Origin: Octopus vulgaris
Lineage: Eukaryota
NCBI GenBank assembly: GCA_951406725.2
Contig: OX597821.1
Span: 71,424,001-71,488,000, forward strand
Reading direction: 5' to 3'
DNA length: 64,000 bases
Positions 54,873 through 64,000 of the stretch are shown piece after piece; the stretch's first letter is position 1, and each line of letters opens with the position of its first letter. Both the position numbers and the translations under genes were made by a program. The notes under the pieces were generated by a model. The model had not been told where the DNA came from, made no database searches, and saw only the letters and a program-made list of their open reading frames with translations.

Positions 54873-55659
54873 AAAAGGAGGATGAGATGGTAATGGTGGT
54901 TGAGGTCGTAGTGGTGTTGGTGTGAGGCAGCGTTCGGATAGTGCGTTGGTTGTTTGTAAAGCTATTGTTTACGATGATACCGACGGCATTTATGTTAAGA
55001 GAAACGGACGTTTGTTAATATCTGTTATTAGTAATGGTAGCTGAGGTGGTGGTGACGATGGTGGTGGTGGTTTTGGTGGTGGTGGTGGTGGTGGTGGTGG
55101 TTAGGGGTGGAAGGTAAATGTAATAATGGTGATGGATTTGGTTGGTGGGAATGACGAGAGAAGTGAAATGGTGGATCGAGTTAATGGCAGAAATGATGGG
55201 TTCCGAGGGAGGAAAGTGAAGGGAAGGTGAATAACCGAAGGTAAATGACACGGAAATAGTCGTTGTAGGGGGCAGGGTGACAGGGTTTGTAATGTTTATG
55301 ATTTGCTGGAGAAACAAAACTATTAAAGACATCCTAATGGATAAAGTGTGTGTAAAATGGTTGTATGGTGAAAGTGATGGAGATAGTTAAGAGTTGAGAA
55401 GCTGAGAGAGAGAGAGAGAGAGAGTCAGACTTACGTTCCAAACGTGTACAATGAGGTCTCTAAAGAGAATTAAAGAAACATACAAATTGAGAAACTATAC
55501 CACCACCTACATCCATTTCTTGAGGTTGTGATATTCCTGAGGGAGGAATTTAAAAATATCTGCGTAAAAAAATGAATCTCATAAGACAATTGGGTTTGTT
55601 TAATAACAGTAAAGGAATGAAGACCAAAATACATAAAGATTATACTGGGAAAATGTGGT

Positions 55660-55880
55660 AGGTTTCACTTGTCTCAGTCATTGGACTGCGGCCATGCTGG
55701 GGCATCACCTTCAACAGTTTAGTCGAACAAGTCGAGACCAGTACTTACCCGATAGTTCTCTTTCGCCGAAGAGCTAAGTTACGGAGGCGTAAAAGATACA
55801 ACACCGGTTATCAAGCGGTATGAGAAAACAATTACAAACACGCATGCGCACACACAATCACACACACACATTCGACGGGT
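55660..55880 (-). mobile_element. SINE family A, 3' half
   Basis: CAGTCATTGGACTGCGGCCATGCTGGGG..TTAGTCGAACAA..GCTAAGTTACGG..CCGGTTATCAAGCGGT. Confidence 0.75.
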
Positions 55881-55889
55881 TTAGAGTAA

Positions 55890-56620
55890 ATTCATTCACT
55901 CAGGGCATTCTCACTGCATTTCTTGCTGGTGGGAAGCACCTTCCTCTCCACTGTCACTTTTCTACCCAAGCGGAACTTGGAAAAGACAATGACGGCTTGG
56001 TTACAAAAGAAAGTGTCATTCTTCAGCCTTTTCAACTGTGTCCGTCCACAATACGACCAGACAGAGGCACCAGACAGAGGAAAACTGTCTTCATTTCCTC
56101 ACCAAAGGAAGGTGGTAGGACAATCTTCACTGAAGACTCGACCGAGAGTTGGAACCGTTCTCCACGTAATAGCAGCTGTTCCACATAACCCCACATGTCA
56201 CCAATGTTCGAACACTGAATAAAATGCGTGCAGGACAGATTCGCCTCCCTCATGCATCTCGTGCAGGTTCAGTCGATGGTACTAACATACCTGTAGTGCT
56301 TATATCAAACCAGGTGCACTTCGAGACCAGGAATTTCTGGAAACCTTCTGCGAACTCTAGCCCGAAAGACCTCCGGAAAAGACCAGCCAGGGATTTTCAT
56401 CGACGTTCAGTTTCCTCGATGACGTTGAACATCTACCGACCGCATCGCTGGAGTGAAGGAGAGTTGTGAGTGCCAAGTGGCACTCCAGGTGCCAGGTGTT
56501 CTGCTTCGATCTATGTTTGATCCAAGGCTGCAAGATATGTTCTACCAGGCACCACGAAGGCCCGTTTCTACACGAGTGTTCGTGACCGTCTCCATGCAAT
56601 GACTTCTTTAACACATGCAG
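55890..56620 (-). mobile_element. L1/Tx1-clade LINE ORF2 C-terminal remnant
   Basis: CTRCMRE/ESVLHAF/QC zinc-knuckle-like motif, then MWGYVEQLL..KIVLPPSF..VFLCLV..KFRLGRKVTVERKVL; frameshifted. Confidence 0.7.
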
Positions 56621-56849
56621 TGATAAAGAAATGTCATAGTTGCAAGTGTAACTCGAGTTTCAGGAGGGAGCGTGAGTTCTGCTTTTCTCTCCTCAATTTT
56701 CCTAAATTGAGCGACATCCAATTCCTCCTTTTCGTCTTTTTCAGAAAGACTGTACAACTCATTTGTGGTGACCACTTCAGCGAATGAAGCCTTAATGATG
56801 TTAATGATATTGTTAATGGCTTCTGCTGCAGTTACTGTTGTTGCTCTGT

Positions 56850-57172
56850 AGTGGGAGAAGTCCGAAACGTGGTCCTTTGCGATTCGTAAGACTCGCAGAG
56901 GAGAAAGCAGGTCAACCCCCGACACCGAGAGCATCGACGGAGGGATGAATGCGCATCCAGGCCCAGCTGTTGCGTAGGAAGTCGGGGACAAGAAACAAGA
57001 AGAAAGATTGAGAGAAAGTTGGAACGAAAGAGTACAACAGGGGTCGCCACTACCCCCTGCCGGAGCCTCGTGGAGCTTTAGGTGCTTTCGGTCAATAAAC
57101 ACACACAACGTCCGGTCTGGGAATCGAAACCACGAGTCCGCTGTCCAAACCATCAGGCCATTGTGCCTCCAC
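56850..57172 (-). mobile_element. SINE family D, tail type 2
   Basis: Same head as 50911-51176 and 58337-58700, different 3' region. Confidence 0.85.
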
Positions 57173-57574
57173 TGTTGTTGCTGCTGCTGCTGCTACTGCT
57201 GCTTTTGCATTTGTCTGTTTCTTTCCGGCTACCGATGATAGTCAAGCTGGCAACATTTGAGTCGGGGTAAAAGGAATCGCTGCCATTCAGTGTCTTAGAG
57301 GAATCGTTATCCCCTCCTACTGCTTCATACAGTTTTGAGTAGGCGTGTTCTTGTGTTGCCAGGATTTTTAACATTAACTTTTACGATATGATGACGTTTT
57401 TTGTTGAAAGAGAATCCCTCAGAGTCCACTCACGCTATCCGCTACTTCATGCAAGAACTTATTTAAAGAAATGGCAAAAACAAAAAATATAATAACAGTC
57501 ACAACTGCGTATTTCTAAGAAAAACAACTTTTTGCCAAAGCAAAGCACCTCCAACGCATATTCATAATAATTAC

Positions 57575-57765
57575 CCTTTCTACTAAAGACACAAGACTTG
57601 AATTTTGGGAGAGGGGATAGTGCAATACATCGACCCCAACACTCAACTGGTAATGATTTTATCGAGCTCCGAAAGGATGAAAGGTAAAGTCGACCTCAAC
57701 AGAATTTGAACTCAGAATAAAGGCGGACGAAATACCGCTAAGCATTTCGCCCGGCGTACTACAGA
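57575..57765 (-). mobile_element. Meta/MESC-like SINE monomer
   Basis: CGAAAGGATGAAAGGTAAAGTCGACCTCAACAGAATTTGAACTCAG..ACCGCTAAGCATTTCGCCCGGCGT. Confidence 0.85.
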
Positions 57766-58336
57766 TTAATAATAATAATAATTATAATTATAATAATTAA
57801 AATGATGATGATGAGGAGGAGGAGGAGGAGGGTAAAAGCTGCAACATCCACGTTAGGTGTGTTTTCAGCAATCATGTAGCATTTGTGTTCTATTGTCTTT
57901 TATTTTTCCATATCTTGTTCTAAAATGGTTGAATTCTTCAGTCTCAGATCTGACCTTTCCCTTTCTTGCATCTCTGTTTATTTTACAACAAAAAACGCGT
58001 TTTTGTTCAAAGTAGAACATTCTGTTCTATACCGTATTATTTGTAGTAATTGTTGTTGCTTTTTTGAAAGCCACGCCTAATCGGGAAGAATTACGATCAA
58101 AGACATTTCTACCATCACCGGCCGTCCTTTTCCCAAGAACAAGAAATCCAGTAGACTTATGCCGTCCAATATATCCTATTTTTTAAAGATGATAGATTGT
58201 GTCTTGAGGAAGATTCAGCAACTATAACAAGTCAAAGAACCACGTAGGGACACCAACAGATCGAATCATTGAAGTCGACGGAAGAGGCTTTTATTACTGT
58301 TTCCTATCTTTTAAATTAATGTTGTAATGCTGTAGT

Positions 58337-58700
58337 GTGGAGGCGCACTGGCCGAGTAATTAGGGTAGCGGACTCGTAGTTGTAGAATTGCGGTTTCGAT
58401 TCACAGACCGGGACGTTGTGAGTGTTTATTGAGCGAGGCTCCGGCAGGGAGTGGTGGCGAACCCTTCTGTACTCTTTCACCACAACTTTCTCTCACTCTT
58501 TCTTTCCATTTCTGTTGTACCTGTATTTCAAAGGGTCAGCCCTGTCACACTCTGCTGTCACATTGTGTCACGCTGAATCTCCCCGAGAACTGCGTTAAGG
58601 GTACACGTGTCTGTGGAGCACTCAGCTAATTGCGCGTCAATTTTACGAGCAGGCTGTTCCGTTCATCGGATCAACTGGCACCCTCGTCGACGGAGTGCCA
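58337..58700 (+). mobile_element. SINE family D, tail type 3
   Basis: GTGGAGGCGCACTGGCCGAGTAATTAGGGTAGCGGACTCG..GGTTTCGATTC; ends CCCTCGTCGACGGAGTGCCA. Confidence 0.85.
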
Positions 58701-58744
58701 CATATGTTGTAGTATTATTCCTGTTGTAGTCCTCCTCTGTTCCG

Positions 58745-59013
58745 TCTTCTTCTTCTTCTTCTTCTTCTTCTTCTTCTTCTTCTTCTTCTTCTTCTTCTTC
58801 TTCTTCTTCTTCTTCTTCTTCTTCTCCTTCCTCTTCTTCTTCTTCTTCTTCTGCGTCTTCTTCTCTTTCTTCTCTTTCTTCTTCTCCTTCTTCTTCTTCT
58901 TCTTCTTCTTCTTCTTCTTCTTCTTCTTCTTCTTCTTCTTCTTCTTCTTCTTCTTCTTTTTCTCCTCCTCCTCCTCCTTCTTTTTTTCTTCTTCATCATC
59001 ATCATTATCATCA

Positions 59014-59068
<55 letters not shown>

Positions 59069-59296
59069 TTCTTCTTCTTCTTCTTCTTCTAATTCTCTTG
59101 TTGTTGTTGTTCTTCTTCTTCTCCTCCTCCTCCTCCTTCTTCTTCTTCTTCATCATCATCATCATCATCATCATCTTCTTCTCCTTCTTCTTCTTCTTCT
59201 TCTTCTTCTTCTTCTCCTCCTCCTCCTCCTTCTTCTTCTTCTTCTTCTTCTTCTTCTTCTTCTTCTTCTTCTTCTTCTTCTTCTTCTTCTTCTTCT
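58745..59296. repeat. (CTT)n/(CAT)n/(CCT)n compound microsatellite
   Basis: Direct reading. Confidence 0.96.
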
Positions 59297-59449
59297 GTCT
59301 ATCTATGTATTGTATCGATCGTATGTTACTCTCGGAGTAGTGAATAAATTTTATCATTGAAAAGACGAGTTCAATCAAATATTTAGTTCTAAACCAAACA
59401 CATTTAAATCAGACATCTGTTTCTTCTAATTTCTAGAAAAAAACATCGA

Positions 59450-59660
59450 AATATTTCGTTTTGGGATTTGGTTTGCAAGATTCTTTATGTGAGTTCGTGT
59501 GTTGAAGCATATTCTGTTGTATCTGGGGAGAGTCATTATCTTTTAGTGCCATATAATTTAACACAGTCGCCGGTAAGATTTCCACTTATTTATTTATTTT
59601 ATTTTTCTAAAATTTTCGTTGCGTCTTGCAACCTTCTCAATAGTTTTGACTCTCACGAGA
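59450..59660 (-). repeat. PLE-related short repeat family P1, with hammerhead-like motif at 59607-59643
   Basis: CTA-TTGAGAA-G-GTTGC(AAGAC)GCAAC-GAAA-ATT-T-TAG on minus strand; matches 28400-28620. Confidence 0.75.
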
Positions 59661-59717
59661 GTCACACCTCGAAATATTGTTTCACAAAAAAATAGATATC
59701 AAGCAGAATATACACCC

Positions 59718-59776
<59 letters not shown>

Positions 59777-59801
59777 TATATACATATATATGTATATATA
59801 C

Positions 59802-61163
<1,362 letters not shown>

Positions 61164-61183
61164 CATATCTGTATATATGTATA

Positions 61184-61268
<85 letters not shown>

Positions 61269-62018
61269 ATGTGTGTGTGTATGTGTGTATGTGTGTATAT
61301 GTGAGTGTGTGTGTATATATATGCTGTGTATCTTGTATGTGGAGTGAGATGTACGGTTATGACTTATGAGTTCAGAGCTCCACACAGAATATCGTCATCC
61401 ACTCTGCTTCCAGTAGAATCGTTTAGCTACTACTGTACTTAGCAGTATTACTGGTTATAATAGACAGAGTAAATATGGGAAAGAAAAAAAGTCCATAGCA
61501 TTTGTTTCCTACGTATGTTTCACCATTGTGGTTATTTGCATCATCTGTAGTGGGTGTTTCATCAATTGGAATTGGCTACTGAACTGCAACTGTTGCTCAA
61601 GAAAATAGTTGCACACACATACATATACATATATACATACACACACACACATATGAATGAGTAGTTTACACACAAATATACACACACGTAGATGAACGGT
61701 TTGTGTGTATATGTTTACAGATACAAACACACGCACACAAACTCAGGGCTTCGCTTCCTCCCTCTCTCTCCCTCTCCCCCTCTCTCTCTCCCTCTCTCTC
61801 CTTCATTACTCATATTGTGTTCTATAACGGATATCGAAATCCCCACACTGTTATTTCTTTCGGTCATCCTGCCAACAATTTCAAGCGTCTGAAATTTCCA
61901 TTCGGCCCAAGATTTTCCTTTGGGCCGCAAACAACATCGACGTCACCGGGCTCAGAGGGTGTGGAAACTCTTTATCCTGATCAATAATGCGCGCGCGCGT
62001 GTGTGTGTGTGTGTGTGT

Positions 62019-62230
62019 AAGGTGGCGACAGGCAGAATCGTTAGCAAGTCGCAGAAAAAGTGCTTAGCCGTAGACGTTCCGACGCTTTACGTTCCGACTT
62101 CTTCAAGTCCCGCCGCGATCAACTTTGCCTTCCATCTCTTCGGGATCGATAAAATAAAGTACTATTCAAGTAATGGATTCAATATCATCGACTTGTCTCT
62201 TCTTCCCGCAAAAGATTGCTGGCCTTGATC
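62019..62230 (+). mobile_element. Meta/MESC-like SINE monomer
   Basis: GGCAGAATCGTTAGCA..AACTTTGCCTTCCATCTCTTCGGGATCGATAAAATAAAGTAC..TTGCTGGCCTTG. Confidence 0.8.
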
Positions 62231-62649
62231 CCCACAACAAACTGGCGCCCCTTTCGGAACATTTCTTCGCATCTCGGTTACTTATACATTGTGAAAATCG
62301 GGTAACCGGCCTTACGCTAGCACTTATATACACACACACACTCACACACACTCAAACACACACACACGCACACACACACGGACATACACACGCACACACA
62401 CACACATACACACACATGCACTCGCGCGCTCACACACTTATTTTTCACTTCTTTCGTCTTCTTTCACTTATGTGCTCTTATTTTCATCGTAAATTTTGAA
62501 CGAATCTGTGTGTCTGAACGTGAGTGATTGTGTGTGTGTGTGTGTGTGTGTGTGTTTGTGTGCATGTGTATACGTGCGTGTGTGTGTTTAGTATTTTTGT
62601 TCACAGTTCTCTATAATAGTAATAATCACTCTTCTTCTTCTTCTTCTTC

Positions 62650-62723
<74 letters not shown>

Positions 62724-63144
62724 GTTGACATTATTATTATTGTTGATGTTGTTGTCATTGTTATTGTTATTATTATTAAAGGTAGAATTTCGATAGCACT
62801 TAACATTCATTTAAAAACCAGCATTTGTAAATACAAGTATCTCAGATGCATGAAATATGTTTCAGAAATATTGACGGAACCTGATAACAATGCCTCCAGA
62901 ATGTTCAAAGAAAAACCATAACTTACTTGCAACGGACTAAATCTGCAGACAACCATTCCGAATCAAATATTTCATTTGAGGTTTTGATTTGATTTTTTTT
63001 ATGGCTTTATGATTCTAATTTCTTTACAATAGAGTTTGGGGAAATTGAATCACTTCAATTGTTGATGTATATGAGTGTGTACGTGTGTGTGTGTGTGTGT
63101 CTGCATGTGTGAGTGTGTGTTTGTGTAAATGTTTCTGTCCCTAC

Positions 63145-63219
<75 letters not shown>

Positions 63220-63388
63220 ATATATCATACATATACACGAATTTACACATACACACACACATACATCACCGCATTTTAAAGGATTAACGTATATCAAATG
63301 ACTTCTGGAATATTATATTTAAATTAGCGTGACGATCTCTTGCGCACACACACACACACACATATATATATACACGCATCACACACAC

Positions 63389-63422
<34 letters not shown>

Positions 63423-63489
63423 GATTCATGTATATATACATATATATGGTGTATATATATATGTGTGTGTATGTATATGTGTCTATACG

Positions 63490-63522
<33 letters not shown>

Positions 63523-63572
63523 TTATGTATGTATTCATGTATACATGTAAATATATATATATATATGTATAA

Positions 63573-63605
<33 letters not shown>

Positions 63606-63779
63606 TGTATGCATGCATATATGTATGTATGGGTTGTACTTTTTGTGTTTATAGATGGTGTTAGATATCAACGTTACGAACTCGTATTGTAATGGTAATC
63701 CAAATATCACTTCGATACCATTCTGGTGCGCCTGGATGAAGCAAGTGTGGCGATGGTCTTCGTAGACCCTCCCAGTCCG

Positions 63780-64000
63780 GTGAGACTGGTGCTTTTAGCG
63801 TTCCTTTTGAAACTCTATAAGTCGGTATTTGCAAGAAAGATATGAGCAAGGAAGGAATTTCAGAGGGACACCTTTCTGAGAAAGAAGGATTGTAGGGAAT
63901 GAAAGAAAAAGTGGAGAGTAGAGGAGTTGACATGAGCCGATTTAACTCTGAGGAACAAACGCCAAACGGATTTACATATCGTTTGAACTGGTCGTAGAAA
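63780..64000 (-). mobile_element. CR1/L2-group LINE 3' end remnant
   Basis: KRYVNPFGVCSSELNRLMSTPL and LAHIFLANTDL*SFKRN resemble the FYRY..G.CS.EL and LP..VFP...L..FK C-terminal motifs. Confidence 0.45.

Overview
AT-rich, microsatellite-saturated animal (eukaryotic) DNA with no intact long ORF. Nearly all listed ORFs are translations of simple repeats. The tRNA-derived SINE families and the repeat density suggest a cephalopod, probably Octopus (inference, not searched). Recognisable content: about 25 SINE copies in four families; a full-length but pseudogenised Tc1 (DD34E) element; an internally deleted DD37D (maT) element; an internally deleted Helitron with a PIF1-helicase remnant; RTE, L1/Tx1, CR1/L2-like and RLE-type LINE fragments; a hAT MITE; and several Penelope-like (PLE) pieces. 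One PLE piece is a still-open GIY-YIG domain bracketed by inverted pseudo-LTRs inside (TA)n. The most notable signal is a set of about 10 minimal hammerhead-ribozyme-like motifs from different PLE-related repeat families. Their catalytic 3-8 pair covaries (C-G, U-A, G-C), and several of these families end in snap-back inverted duplications. A few splice-bounded unique islands on the minus strand (about 24.8, 19.8, 16.2 and 2.0 kb) may be exons of a host gene or lncRNA, but I cannot identify it. All alignments were done by eye and boundaries are approximate unless stated.
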